A DNA stretch of 63,364 nucleotides, the filler included, from Collodictyon triciliatum (lineage: Eukaryota): assembly GCA_043381765.1 (NCBI GenBank). It is 10 parts of 10 records of this genome, joined end to end, with 100 filler letters (N's around TTAATTAATTAA, not from the genome) between each part and the next. Parts side by side here need not be neighbours in the genome. Positions count along the whole stretch, not along the records: positions 25,706 to 32,028 come from JBHJMP010004541.1; positions 32,129 to 38,450 come from JBHJMP010004542.1; positions 38,551 to 46,592 come from JBHJMP010004543.1; 7 more parts are not named here. One strand, written 5' to 3'. The notes below the pieces were generated by a model. It was not told the origin of the DNA and did no database searches. It saw only the letters and a list, made by a program, of their open reading frames with translations. A program made the translations under genes and the position numbers. Position 1 is the first letter of the stretch; every line of letters begins with the position of its first letter. Below, in pieces: positions 25,930 to 40,061 of this stretch.

Positions 25930-28900
25930 AACTAATGACAATACAGTTGAAGATGAAGTAGGAGGCCTTTGCAGGGAACGAATGGGTGGTACTTGAACAA
26001 AAAGAGAGAACCGAACCGAAACCATCTTCACTCGACAGATACGAGGAGAATCTTCAACATAATAACCTCACAAAACCCCCACACAGCAGCACATCGAGTT
26101 ACCAGAGCACAAATGCTCCAGAGCGTATGACAAAAAAAGAAAACCCGCCCCAAAATATGCGTTTAATAGTATAAAGTGTTTCCACACGCCGAGGTTGTGT
26201 CTGCGATTCGCGAGTCTCTTTGCCCGGTTTATAGATGGGTTTTTTTGTTTTGTTTTGTTTTTGTTACTTTTACTTTGTTTGAAAAGTTATTACAATAAGT
26301 CTATCTGTGGAAAATATATGGAATGTTCGGTACTGCAAAATGTGTCAAAGAATCGCTCAAAAGGACATTCTTTTCGTGCTATTTCAACGTACTTTATTTT
26401 TTTTTCCATTCACGCAGATACATCTTTGGTAGGTTTGCTATTAATGAACAGAGGTGCGAGACTGACATAATGACAAGGAATCATCGAGTGCTCTATGAAA
26501 CCCAGTGTGCGAAGCAAAAAGATTGGTTGCTCAGGGCTACAGGACTTGTGCACTTCCTATTTCCTTGTGGATTTTGACTTTCTCTGTTGTTTATTATGCA
26601 TATGTGAAGGGGTCAATCTACTAAATATTATGTAAAAAACGAAAAACCTTACGCTTCAATACACACACAAAAAGTGCAACACCAAAGAATAAAGAAAACA
26701 AGAAAGTGTTTGATAAAACAAGGCGAGTACCCTGTGGTGGGGCTCATCATCGTCAAAATTCAAGACGGTGGGCTCTATGTGTTCCTCTATAACGAAGGGC
26801 CGTCGGTCAAATCGTTCGGGCGTCGTCTTATTTGATGATGCTCCCCTAAAGAATCGGTTCAAGTAATTATGTAAGCTTAAAATATAAAGAAGAAGAAAAG
26901 GCTCAATATCTGGAATTATGAAATCCAGGGTGTGGGAGATAGAGCTTTACTCTACCTTATCTTTGTAAAGCCAATGAGTGCAATATCACTTAATTCCTTC
27001 AGTGTCAGTATGACTGCAAACTTCGGCTTCACTGGATCTTCGCCAACTTCAACAGATTTCTTTGAGATAGGGCTGGCAGAGTAATCGTATATCCGGCAAA
27101 TAGGCTGTAATCCGACACATCACACGAGTGGAAATTAAAAAAATAAATGAAAATGCATAATCGCAAGTGGGTATGTGTTCTAACATCCAATAATGGGATA
27201 TTTCGGAATGGTTTGTATTCATATTTCTGATATGATTCAGTCAAAACTCTTCCCTGAAAACGCATGCACATACCAGAAAGTTTTTTTGGGCTTCTATGCG
27301 AATATTGTACTCTATCATTTCCCGGCAGTATACTAATCTTCTTTGCTTCCATTCTGTCAAAGCCAGTTCGTGTCTCATGGCCCTTTGAGATTAGCAGATG
27401 CATATCAATGTCTACCTTTTTTTTCCCCTTATTTTATTCTTTTATTTTTCAACGATTTTTTATTTTGCACAAAAAACACCGAAAGTCAACTTCGTAATAT
27501 AATTATTGATAATCAAATGTATAACAAAAAAATTTTTTAGTGAATCAAAGATATTGATACTCCAGAATCTTATTTGGTATATATGTATCATCGAAATAAT
27601 ACGGGTCTAGAACGAGGCCTTCATCTCCATGTCCGTATTGGATGCTCTTTTTATGGTGTCTTTTTGGGTGTTTCGCTATTTCGGACTTCATTAGCACAAA
27701 TATTTGGAGCAATTATTATAATTCCATGCATCATCCATCAACAATCCTTTCGCATATAATTAGCTTTAAAATAATAATGATAAATAGAATCAAACCGAGC
27801 AATGGAGAATCCCCAGGGTCTTCAAATCCTCCTCTTTGATTTGGACAACGATATATTAGAATTTTTTCGCTCATCTTTTTGCCCTTCTTTGAAAACATTA
27901 CAGCAAAATTACCCTCTTCTCGCGGGTGAAGATCCGGTATTAATCGTTGCGAATATAGACGGGTCTACATATGCTGATGAACGACGCCCAGTGCTTTGAT
28001 ATATTTAAAAATTACAAATTAAATTTGATGCTACCGCTTCTGAATCAATATTCATTCTATTCACAATTTCGTTTTTTTTTTTATTTCCTCTAATATTTTG
28101 TAACATTTGTTTATTGGATAGCCTTATTATTTTACCTCTTCTTTCGCATAGGAATTACAACGCCATGTATGCTAATTGATGCATGGCGCTTCCTTTCAGC
28201 CGCAAGACGTATGATATCCTGAATATGAGGTCAGAGGATAATTGGATAAGTTGTGCATATATTCATATGTCAGAACCGATGTTTGTAAGTTAGGTATTAT
28301 ATGTTTGCTAACCTGTCTCTCTCGAACGCTCATTTGCTGCAAAATGGCTGATTCCTTGAGACACAATTGATAGGATATCAACTCTACCTGAGCATTTCTC
28401 ACCCGAAGAAACCTGGTCCACCAACGCTGAATTCGGACACCTATTCATTAAAATGTTTCAGACAAATCGAGATATGTATATAATTGCCATAATGTTTTTA
28501 TGAAGCATATTATAAAGTTATATATTCACAACATATGGGGAAAAAAAAAGAACAACGAAATAATTACATTTCATCAAAAACTTCTTCACGGCATATTTGG
28601 CCAATGCGAATTGACGTATATCGCGCAAGAATCCAATTATAGTCTGGACGGAACGGGCAGCACGCTTTACTTTAATTCGCCGCACAATCACGGTGAGGAA
28701 ACTGCAAAGAGTCCCAAGTTGTGAGCAACCGGAAAAAAAATATGCATAATGAAATATTTGTGTAAATCTAAATTTTGCAAAGAGTACAGTACCGAATGAT
28801 TTTCAATCTCGCTTGAGTTTTCTTCCTGGTCTGAATTCTTTTCCAAAGTCTAAACTTCGCTTGGATTACCGATGCTGCTTTGTTCCGCTCTTCCTCGTTG

Positions 28901-31810
28901 TATCTCTTCGTTCTCACATCCTGTACAGTATGACTTTAGTAACGTTTCTATCACTCAACATAGAAAAAACCGATTATGCTGGCATATAGAAATAACAAAC
29001 ATTACCACAAGGGCCCCAAGAATGGCCTCCTGGAAAATAGAAACCTGAAATGCCACAAGCCACATTCTTTGAGATGGGAAGACATTTTCCTATTATTTTA
29101 TATGTTTAAAAAATGGTAATCCTTACAAATTCGTTTCTATTCGATTTAAATATTATTTGCAACTGTTCCAAGGGGATACATTATTACTTTTACTCAAGAA
29201 AACTTCAATAAAGTTAAAAAAGCTACAATCTCAAAAGACAAAACCGTCCTTATACTTGTAAATATATCAACAAAAGATCGTGTAACCTCCAACAGTTTTA
29301 GTCGCCTCATTTCTTCTCTTCGCCCAAGGAGACTTTTCATTCTGTAAGAAATATATATGAAAGGTTAGAAAGCCGAGTATATAATATATTAAATGCTTTG
29401 CAGGCATAAACTTTTGCGAATAATACTTGGATTCGTGTTCTTTGACAAGATTTTCATGTTGGCTCAATGCGTGGGATATTCTCTCTTCCCTTTTCATGGC
29501 CTGTAAAATAAAAATAAATTACAATCAATTCGTTCTCGAGGTTCATGTGGTAGACACGAGTAAAAGGCTTCCGCAAATATTTTGATAGGAGAAAAAAACC
29601 ATGTTCTTGATGCGAGCCTCTCTTGGCTCAAAACTCGTTAGCTTTGCTGCATTTTCTCTAATGTAATTTCGACTGTAACGCTGTACTGTTTTGGCTATAT
29701 TGCACCCATAATTAGAAAAATTGACAAGTAAAAAAAAAAAAAAAAAGAATTAAAAACATATTGGGTATACAACAAAATCCTTGATTTTAACATATTATAA
29801 TATGCTGCACAAAAGAAATACTTTCGTGGCTATGCAAATGGACCCAGTCTTCACTATCAAGAAAGTCACCCAATTTTGAGTTGATTTTCATTGTCAGGGG
29901 TGAAGTCAACGTGACCAATAGCTTTGAGGATTAAAAAGCATAAATGTTTTGGGGGAAAAAAAAAGTTCCTTGTATTTATGAGAAAAAGAATGCATTCTAA
30001 TCTTACGTCTGCCATTCGACTATTCAAAGGTATCCTTTCATCCAGAATTGGTGCTGGAGTGAGAGATGAAAAAAATCAAGTGAGAATATGGGGGTGATAT
30101 AAATGTTACTGGATTTAAACATAAAAGCGAAATAGAACAATAAGCCATGTTCAAGAAAAAAGGCTGTGTTTAGGATATCCATTCATAGACAAACCATCTT
30201 TCACATCCAGTAATCCCGCAGCAACTTGTCTTTGAATCAGAGTTTTGATTTCTCTAACATCCAAATATTCAACAGGGCCTTTCTTGGCATGTTGGAAGTG
30301 CTATATTGATACGGTGCAAATGAGACAGTCACATAAAGCCCAAAAAAAGTATATCGATGCGACGTAAATGGTCCGTTTCGTGATGTTATTTATTTCGATT
30401 AGATATTTCGCATTACTTAATTGATGAATTAAATTAACATAAATGAAACCTTTCTCGACAGCACCCTTGGATCAATAGCATCAGCAGTCGTCACCGAGCG
30501 ACTCTCCACTGGAGTGCGTATGCCGTGGATAGCTCTCAATTGTTCTTGTTTAAGTTTTCAAAAAGATAGGTTTATTACAGTGGTAAATAAAATAAATATT
30601 GCTATGGGACACCATACTTAATAAATGAGATGTCTCTGAAAAAGTCTGTTCGAAAACCCGTCTTTGCTCCTCTTGGTCGTCCGTCTCTTCTATGGGAGTG
30701 ATGCCCAAACTTCGATCTATTCTTGGCTACAAAACGAAGATGAAAATAAATGGAATGTAGTACAATGGATTGATTAAGACGGTCTGGTAAGTCAAATAAA
30801 TCCACTGGACTAAATGACACAGTCTCAGGCCGAGGCAGTATCTTGCAAACTCAAATGGAAATATGACTGCTTAATGTAAGTATTACAAGCTGATAACTTA
30901 GAGTGGTCCAGTTTTGCTGAAATGATGCGTTGGCGATGGATATTATATCTGTTTTGTCCATGTGTGCGTGCTCTGAAGATGGGTCGCTCTGATTCAATCG
31001 CTTCATAGAAACGACGAATACAAAAATGAATAAGAAATTCAGGGACATTTTGAATAGATACACGTGAATAGCATGTCCCCAAATAGAATGATTACTTCTC
31101 CATTTTCTAAATCCTCATCTGGGCGGGGTTGTGTTAATGAAAAAGCACCGGGAACGGGTGGAAATTTCTGAAGCGGAGGAGATTGCGAGAGGCTTCGAAT
31201 ATTATCTCGATATCCGCTGGTTTTAGTCGCCTTTTAAATCATAAAAGAACGGCGATGTGTAAATTTTCTATTCCAAGCACAGTTGTTGAATTTCAAGAAA
31301 CTTTGGATGTAATCAGTTGTTTCTGATATATCATGTGGCTGGCATGATATTTTACGTATTTCAGCTCGGACTGGATGGATGAGTAAGCTCTATCGGCATT
31401 TAATATGGCTTTGGTTTCTCGAGTGTACAGGTGGCGCTCACTGGATAATGACCTGCAATTCAGACAAAGCCGATTACAGAAGCACAGGAATCACCAACGC
31501 ATGGATTTATCTTATTCAAAATACAGCTGCTAAAGAAAAAAATATAGGATTCATTTTACATTTGAATTTTCCTCCCATTTATCTCCTTTTGTTACCTTCG
31601 TAGGTGTCTTTCTTCGCTGCGCTTCAATCGAGAGTTGGGTACGTCTAAAATACATTAATCATGCGATCACCACTCAAATCATATTAAATATATATGAATA
31701 CAAAGATCTTGAATCATAATACGGTGCAAGTAATTGCAGTACCATTGAATGTTGCACCAGTCAGTGTGGGAGTTGGAGTTCTGATTTTCGGAAGAATTGT
31801 TGCGCCATGT
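25930..31810 (-). CDS. Large multi-exon hypothetical gene with an IQ-like motif; boundaries approximate
   Basis: Many AG..GT-bounded open segments, e.g. RIQRWWTRFLRVR (~28400-28435), HFQHAKKGPVEYLDVREIKTLIQRQVAAGLL, ERFDRRPFVIEEHIEPTVLNF. Confidence 0.5.
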
Positions 31811-32128
31811 TCTGTTTCCTTTTTTGTTTTTGTTTTTTATTTTTTGGTGTTTTTTTGTTTTTTCTTCTTTTTCTTCTTTTTCTTTTTTCTTTTTTCTTTT
31901 TTCTTTTTTCTTTTTTCTTTTTCTTTTTTCTTCTTTTTTCTTTTTTCTTTTTTCTTTTTTCTTTTTTCTTTTTTCTTTTTTCTTTTTTCTTTTTTCTTTT
32001 TTCTTTTTTCTTTTTTCTTTTTTCTTTTNNNNNNNNNNNNNNNNNNNNNNNNNNNNNNNNNNNNNNNNNNNNTTAATTAATTAANNNNNNNNNNNNNNNN
32101 NNNNNNNNNNNNNNNNNNNNNNNNNNNN

Positions 32129-32418
32129 TTTATTCAGGTTGCGTTTTTGGAGGCAAAATCGAGCCAATTCAAATAAATTGGACAAGCTTGGACATTTTCG
32201 ATAAATATCTGGAGAATTTGCGGCAAATGAGCCATAATCCCATAGAATCTCATAGGATCGGCCCGCTTCAATATTGCTCGCTTCCTCCGTTATTTTATTC
32301 AGGTTGCGTTTTTGGAGGCAAAATCGAGCCAATTCAAATAAATTGGACAAGCTTGGACATTTTCGATAAATATCTGGAGAATTTGCGGCAAATGAGCCAT
32401 AATCCCATAGAATCTCAT
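32129..32418. repeat. 165-bp tandem repeat (~1.75 copies, running off the contig edge)
   Basis: 32129-32253 recurs essentially identically from 32294; period 165. Confidence 0.9.
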
Positions 32419-35400
32419 AAAAAAATCTCCCCAATTCGTTATATCTTTGATTTTATTATACGATTTTTTTTAGAGAAAAAAAAATCACGCCTCCATATCT
32501 CCAGAATCATGGAATAAAGTAACGGAATCATGAGCGATTATTAGCAATATTGATTTTTCGTAGCCATTTACTATGAAGACAGTCTCTAACACGCTCTGCG
32601 AGATAGCCGAATAATTAGCCCCAATTTTTTTCATTATTTGCCGGCTCTATTTTCCCAAGGATCCCACAAAAAATTTCGACTTCATATAAATTTTAAATAA
32701 AAGGATCAAGCAAAGTCTTCTTTTTTTCCGACATGTATAAATTTCAACTTATTATATAAATAATTGGCTTCAAGAATTTGACCACAAGTGTTAATGTATA
32801 TATAGCTCACAATTGATGCAGTAGATTTTCTAAAAGAATCTTATTTGCCCGAGGACTGGAACGAATTGTCATCACGTTAATGATACAGCAAATCTCGTAC
32901 AAGTAGAATAATCCAACCCGTCGTCAATCATTTATGAAACAATAGCTAGCATCCATTGACTCACAGACAACATAATCATTTACTCAAAATACCACAGACC
33001 CAGAGTTATATTTTATTTTAAAAGCTACCTAAATACTCTTTTCTTGCATTTTATGTTGCTTATGAAGGAAGAATGCCTTCAGGTGTCCCTAACTATGCTC
33101 TCAAGCCCACATATTCTGATTGCTCTTGAAGCAAAAATATTAAGCAAGGAATATCAATGAGGAACATTTGGTTTCCTTTTCGCTACTAAAAAATGTATCA
33201 CCACTTTGATGAGTTCAAAAGTTATCGAGCTAACCATATCCCGAGGCCAAATTTGTGCACCGATGCAGAAATGCACTATTAACCTCCATAAATATTAAAA
33301 ATAATATTTCATCCACCTTATTGATTTCATACAAGAAATACCTTGCAGTGCGTCGGTTTCGATTTGAATCGCTGGCAAGGTATATTTATTAGCAAAACAC
33401 CGTAATTTTTTTCGGTCTCATTTAGTATAATAACTTAGTTCTCGAACAAAATAAAAACATATGTACCTGGATGACAAAGAAGTACATAAGTTTCATATCA
33501 ATATTTAACTTTACAATGAAATACACAAATGTAACCAATATTAAAGCAGTTATTAATGTTACCTTTCAATCGTTCTTTATTCGTGGTAAAGAAAGGCATA
33601 TAGTGTTTACAGACCGACGTGATTGTTTGGCGACTGGGTTGTAAGAATTGATGAACACAATTACGAGTGCAGCCTAGCAAGGTACCTAATCTGGACATGT
33701 GGCTCATCACCATGCACCCGAGAGGTGCGTGAATAGGTTCAAATCTGAAGATCTGCAACTAACATGAGTCATGATATAGATTCTAAACGAGGTGAGTTAT
33801 CATACTGCCATTACGCCCTCCTTTTTTTTGTATGAACTATCTATCACTGCCGCAGAGAAAAAGGCATAATTTTCATTCAAATATATATGATATACCATTT
33901 AAAATACGGATTCAAGGAAAAATTATGACAAGTACTTAGTAAAATCTAAACAAATAGACATTGTATGAATGTTTTGAAGGAGCAAAAATATTTTCTTCCG
34001 CTCCTAACGAAACAACCAAAATGGGCATATTTACGTTCCCTTTATTATTAAATCTCTTTTCTATAGTTCATCTAACCGGTATGAAATGCTTAATCACACA
34101 TTTATCTTAAACCACTAAGGGAAAAATTTCCAACGCAGAAAAAAAACGTGTCTTCTCCAACTGTAATTTAGTACTAGGTAAAATATGCGAAAAAAAGTAA
34201 AGAAAAATAACATTTTTCCTATATACTATTCTAAAAAAATAATTTGATGGATGTTCATATTGAAAGCGAAATTGATTCGACATAATAAAGGTCATTTTAA
34301 AACTTATTACAATAATTATCACAAACAGAATTGACATGTAACCTTAATATATCCAGAATCCTCGTGATTGGCTTGGGCAATCCATTCGTAGCATATACAC
34401 ACATCTCGGTATTTAGTGTAAATCTTCTGATGGTATTAGTATATATTTTTATTCATGTATATTTCGTTTTCATTTCCCTTTTCACAATATGTTAATAATT
34501 ATTCCATAGAGTGGACGTTTAGTAATACTATTAATATATATTAGAATGAATTGCCATTTTAGAAGTATCAAATGAGCCTCATCTTATGAATCATACCGCT
34601 TACAGGGGCAATATTGTATGAACTTCATAAAGTGTAAGTTTTTTAGTCATTTTATTCAGAATTAAATGTTTTTTTTTAATACGAATAAGCGGATGATGAA
34701 ATCAATGAGACACGGAGAAAGTATTCAGAGAATGTTGAATCGTGTGACTGATTCTCAATTAGATTCCTATGTCGATGCGGCCATTTTTGTATAATCGATT
34801 AGAATTTCTCCGAGTTTTGACTTTCAGTAATGAGTCTACTTTTGATCGGGGTGAGAAAAAATCGTGATTTTCTTTTGTAAACTTGTGGATAAAATTTTAT
34901 GGAGACAAAATGATGTTTATGACACCAACTCTTTTCTCTTATCATGGTTCAAGTGGATTATTATTTGTTCCCTTCTACCGATTTAGTAGTTGTGTTTTTG
35001 GTTGAAAGCAGCCACACATGTTGGATTCTGGTGCAAATCGGCCCGCTACGTATACTGGATCCACGGCTGCTCAATATGAAACCATGATGATTGATATTAA
35101 ATAATCAAGGAAGTTTTTCTTCCAAGACCTAACACGGATCCGAACCAAGGCATGATTTCAACCGAAAGTGGGTAAATACACGGCCATATCACCCTCGTAC
35201 TTTCTGTAAATGCCAACAGAATGAGCAATAAATTTATTTTAAATTAAAAGTATTGTTAAATACCTTTAAAGGAATATAGCTAGAATGCAAGTCAGGTATA
35301 GGAAATATTAATCCTTCTCAAATCGGTATGCACCATACAAACATTGCACCAATCGTCAATGGGTAAATCTCGTGAAAAGCACCTATTATATTCACCACTT

Positions 35401-35628
35401 CTATATTGTGTTCAACAAAACCCTACATAAGCTTCCAAACATTTTGATATTCATCGTTGGCTTTCAAATATTACATTTTTTTTATTCATGACTCAATGAT
35501 TAGAAGATTACCCTAATACTTCATGCTTCTACAAAATCAGTAAAATTTTCTTGCATTACCCCACAGTAACATCTTATGCTACTTTACATTTTGGGAGTAT
35601 TTAAAACAAAGGGGCAAATTAATCAACT

Positions 35629-35685
35629 CCGAACGCTTTAAATTTTTTTCCCTTTATTCGATTCAAAGCCGAACGCTTTAAATTT
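35629..35685 (-). mobile_element. Micro-retroposon copy 3 with 17-bp target-site duplication
   Basis: ccgaacgctttaaattt at 35629-35645 and 35669-35685 flanks ttttccctttattcgattcaaag. Confidence 0.85.
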
Positions 35686-36832
35686 AATGGGTGATTTTGT
35701 GAAGAGAACAGGAAGAACTGTACATATCAAAATAAATTACCGTAAAAATACACCTGTATAATTGTGGAAATAGATTAATTTCCAATAAATATCAATTACT
35801 GAAGTCTTACACGTGTGAAATGTTTCCTTGATTATATTTACATTTTGTAGTGTAGGCCCCCAACGATATCATGTATGGACAATATGCAAGTCTTTAAATG
35901 TTCTTTTGTGAGCTCTGATACCATTTCTGCCCCACTTTAAGTAACTGCAGTTAGATATTGTACCCATTTTAAAATATATTGCGCCTGTTTCGTGTGTCTA
36001 AACGTACTTGTTTTTTTTTTGATGAGAAAGTTAAGTTATTTAATTGTCCTTGTGGGCGTTTAGGTTGACCAATATGCTGATCTGAATGTGTCTAGAAAAT
36101 TGTAATGGATCAAAAGTATTAGCTTCAAATCACTCTAACTGATATAAGATGGAAATACCTAATTTATAGACCTATGATAATTAATTATTCAATGTAATGT
36201 CTGTCTTCGTGTTTCTATTCAGAAAATAAAAATGTCTTATTAACCTTGATCATAAGTAGAATATAAAAAACTTTCCCTATAATACTTGATTTATAAGAGA
36301 CCTGTAAATGCAAATTCTATTTTCAAATACTTTCTTATCGTTTTTCTTAAAAAAGAAATCGAAGTAATGTAAAAAATTTAGTGATATAATGATGATTCTA
36401 AGTGTATCAGTTGGAAGAGAAATCCTACCCTTTTCAATATGATATGAGAATGTTCGATTTATATGAGTTATCAGCTTTTGATTATTTTATCCAAATAATT
36501 TAGTCAACTTTTATAAAACATGAGGTAGCTCAATCTAAGTTTCGCCGATGCTTTATTCGATTCAAAGTTAGATGATCTATACAGATAAAAGTTAAGAATT
36601 AGAAATCAACATCAAAATTTTTGTGAACAAGGAGGAGGAGGAGGGGGTTGGGAGTTTAAGAATAATTTATAAATAGATTTTTTGAACTTTCAATACCTAC
36701 AGTTTTTGATTACCGTATTTCCAAAAAAGGAAAGATTTATGTGTCAGCTGGCACAAAGGCAAAAATTCTGAGAACTAGATTTGTATCATTCAAAACTTCG
36801 ATTTAAATTTATTATCAAAAAATATTTTTAGG

Positions 36833-38450
36833 ATGAGTACAAAGTTAAAATTCAATGCAGCTGTTTTGCTGTTCGGTACGTCAATTTATCTATTTATGAA
36901 GATATTGCAAGGTCGAAGCATTACTGAGTATTATAAATATTTATGATAAATCAAAACGGGCAATTTAGACAAATAAAATATAGGAATATTAATCTACTGT
37001 CATGTGCGTCTTGTTGACGGGCAGAATGATCCACTAATTCGTACCTTAAGTGGTCATACCAATTCTATTTACAGTGTCGCTTTAACTCCTGATGGCTCAA
37101 AAATCATATCAGGAAGTTGGGATAACACGATTAAAATTTGGAATCTATCTGATGGAAGTTTGATCCGCACATTGACTGGTCACACAAATTATATTGAAAT
37201 TGTGACTACATCACCTGATGGGTTATCTATTGTCTCAGGGAGCCGTGATAAATATATAAAAATTTGGAATCTTTCAGACGGATCTTTGTTACGCACTTTG
37301 ACCGGCCATGCCTCAGCTGTCTGGACTGCTGCAGTTTCTCCTGATGGTTCTAAAATTGTTTCCGGGGGCCCAGACCAGACAATCATGGTCTGGAATTTTT
37401 CTGATGGATCTTCGATACGAACATTGTCAGGCCATACAAAAACTGTTAATAGCATTGTTATCACCCCCGATGGTTCAAGAATAATCTCCGGATCAGAAGA
37501 TTTAACGATTAAATTATGGGACATTTCTGACGGAACTTTAATCCGCACATTAACTGGTCACACAAACTATGTAGAAACTGTGACAACTACACCTGATGGT
37601 TTAGCAATCGTTTCAGGGGGTCGTGACCAATCTATAAAAATTTGGAACTTGTCAGACGGAACCTTGATTCGCACATTGTCAGGTCATACTGGCCCTGTAC
37701 AGAGTGTTTTTGTTTTCCCTGACGGTTCAAAAATAGTTTCTGGAAGTAATGACAGGTCGATCCAAACATGGAATATTTTTGATGGGAGCATGATCAGCAC
37801 TTTCAGCAATCATACCAATTTAGTCATGGGTGTTAGAATTACCCCTGATGGCTCTAAAATTGTATCAGCTAGCGTTGATAGAACAATAAAAGTTTGGGGA
37901 GTCTGCGCAGCTGGTCTATATTATGACGCTGTATCCATGGGATGCCAATTATGCCCTTCTGGAAGATACAGTGACAAAGGAAGTTCATCGTGCTCCTTAT
38001 GTCCTACTGGATCATATAATCCATCAACTGGATCTACAAGCTCTGGTGCCTGTATAGCATGCCCAGCTGGTACATTTAACTCACTAACCGGCTCTACAAC
38101 CTCTAGTGATTGCCTTTCATGTACATCCGGAACCTACAATCCATTAAGTGGTCAAGCATCATGTCATTCATGTGCAGCTGGCACATATAATCCGTCCACT
38201 GGTTCGACGAGCTCCGACGCCTGTATTTTGTGTGGAGTAGGAACATATAATCCATCCATCGGCTCCACAACTTCAAGTGATTGTATTCCTTGTGAAGCAG
38301 GTACATTTAACCACGTGTCAGGTTCATCAGATGCATCATCTTGTCAATCAATGTCTCAATCTCAATCTCAATCTCAATCTCAATCTCAATCTCAATCTCA
38401 ATCTCAATCTCAATCTCAATCTCAATCTCAATCTCAATCTCAGTCTCAAT
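36833..38450 (+). CDS. Signal peptide + 7 WD40 repeats + Cys-rich GCC2/GCC3 (ephrin-receptor-like) repeats + (SQ)n; 3' truncated; exons 36833-36875 and 36984-38450
   Basis: Spliced N-terminus MSTKLKFNAAVLLFGILIYCHVRLVDG-Q; 42-aa repeats TLxGHT..V..PDGSKIVSGS.D.TIKIWN; repeated C..C.AGTYNP..G.....C..C. Confidence 0.88.
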
Positions 38451-38740
38451 NNNNNNNNNNNNNNNNNNNNNNNNNNNNNNNNNNNNNNNNNNNNTTAATT
38501 AATTAANNNNNNNNNNNNNNNNNNNNNNNNNNNNNNNNNNNNNNNNNNNNCTTTTTATTTTGTTTCTTTTTATTTTGTTTCTTTTTATTTTGTTTCTTTT
38601 TATTTTGTTTCTTTTTATTTTGTTTCTTTTTATTTTGTTTCTTTTTATTTTGTCTTGTTTTTACTGGAGAAATGACGAGAACTTTGGTTTGGGGACGACT
38701 GCCCGAGGGTGGTTGAGAGACGCCGGAGGCATATCCCCCG

Positions 38741-39429
38741 TTACGACTCGGAAAGTTTGTGTGCCAGTTCGCGGTCAGATATTTGCTGTTGGCTCTTCAA
38801 AAGAGCTTCTTTGCGGAGTATTTGCTGTGCTGTTTCCTCATCGTACTTTGTCAGCTTCTCCTTTGTGACCTAATGACGTTTTCATGTAGCCTTTCAAGGA
38901 TTAAAAATAAACATAGGTTGTTGTGCAATTCACACCTGGAGAGGGATTGAGAAATATGGTTGTTGCTTGGTTGTTTTTTGTTTGTTGGTTCGTATTTTGT
39001 TTCTGTTTTCTCCAAGATAATGTTTCAGTATATATATATAAACCTTCTCAAACTCATCCTCCACGTCTTGGATGTGCCTTGCCCACTCCTCATCTTGAAT
39101 TTGTGAGGCGAGTTGGCCATCCTTCTGTTTCTGCAGATATGCTTGCAGTGCCTCAGGGGTCTCTGATTGCAGCTTGCGGGCCAACTCTTCGTCCTGCAAA
39201 TAGGGCAGCAAAAGAAGAATGTCAGTGAAGGTTGGAGAGAGATTCATCGGCCTCCTTTCTTAACGGAAGACCACCAGTATAAAGGAGAGGAATATATATA
39301 AAAAACAAGAATTCGTGTCCTTATTCAAGCAGTCTGATGTATTAGTGCCTTCTGGGGCCCTCGTACAAGCAGCGGTGTTTCTGAGAGAGCCTGTTATTGA
39401 GCAAAAGGGCGGAATCTAACCTTCTCCAT
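38741..39429 (-). CDS. Small multi-exon protein with repeated DEELARKLQ-type (MIU/UIM-like, CCDC50-like) motifs
   Basis: DEELARKLQ, DGQLASQIQDEEWARHIQ, DEETAQQI, DRELAHKLSES*; GT-AG-bounded exons; start codon tentative. Confidence 0.55.
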
Positions 39430-40061
39430 TTTGTGCAGGTTCCAGGCAAGTAATTCCTGTCTTTTCAAGTGAGAGGGATAAGCGAGGCATGAGACAAAGA
39501 AGGTTGACTTGTTTCTGTCTTTTGATTTCTACCGCAGTTTATTTTTTTTTTATTTTTTTTTTTGGTTGTTTTATGTCTCCATTCTTTCTGGCTTTCTTGT
39601 GACTGTTTCATGTCGAAAAGTGCATCAGACTCATTACAAATCATTTGATTGGTTGCGATATGAGAATCCTGCCAACGAATTTTGAAAATTTCAATTTTCG
39701 TGATTGAAAGTAACGAATTTTGAAAATTTGAAATCCGACGAGCCAACGCCATTTTAAAAACGTTTGATCTTTGCATATGCGGCGATAGATGGGCTGTACC
39801 GGGTTTGGACTTCTCTGTTCTTGGGTTGGCAAATAACAAACAGCAGACGTTTGTTAGTCTCACATCCCTCCCCAAAAGAAAAAAAATAAGAGTCACGAGT
39901 GGATGAAACCGAAATCGTAGAGATTTCAAAAGGATTTGTAAGAACAGAGCTCTTATTTTGGCCGATGTGTTTTATCAACTCTTTTTTTTTATTTCATCCC
40001 TATCATTCACAATCATTCATTCTAACATCATGATTTATGGCGGTGTGTAAATGGGATTGTT

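Noticed and set aside
16868-25930. Viral element integrated between the ankyrin gene and the IQ-motif gene
   Set aside because: Both sides are artificial linkers; no real host-virus junction is present.
32500-36500. Possible decayed transposase in the gene-free AT-rich region (IVFTDRR near 33600)
   Set aside because: Only a few residues of resemblance amid stops; no TIRs or sustained frame.
37030-37900. WD40 gene as a bacterial contaminant
   Set aside because: An in-frame GT-AG intron, eukaryotic Cys-rich repeats and a micro-element copy on the same contig indicate host origin.
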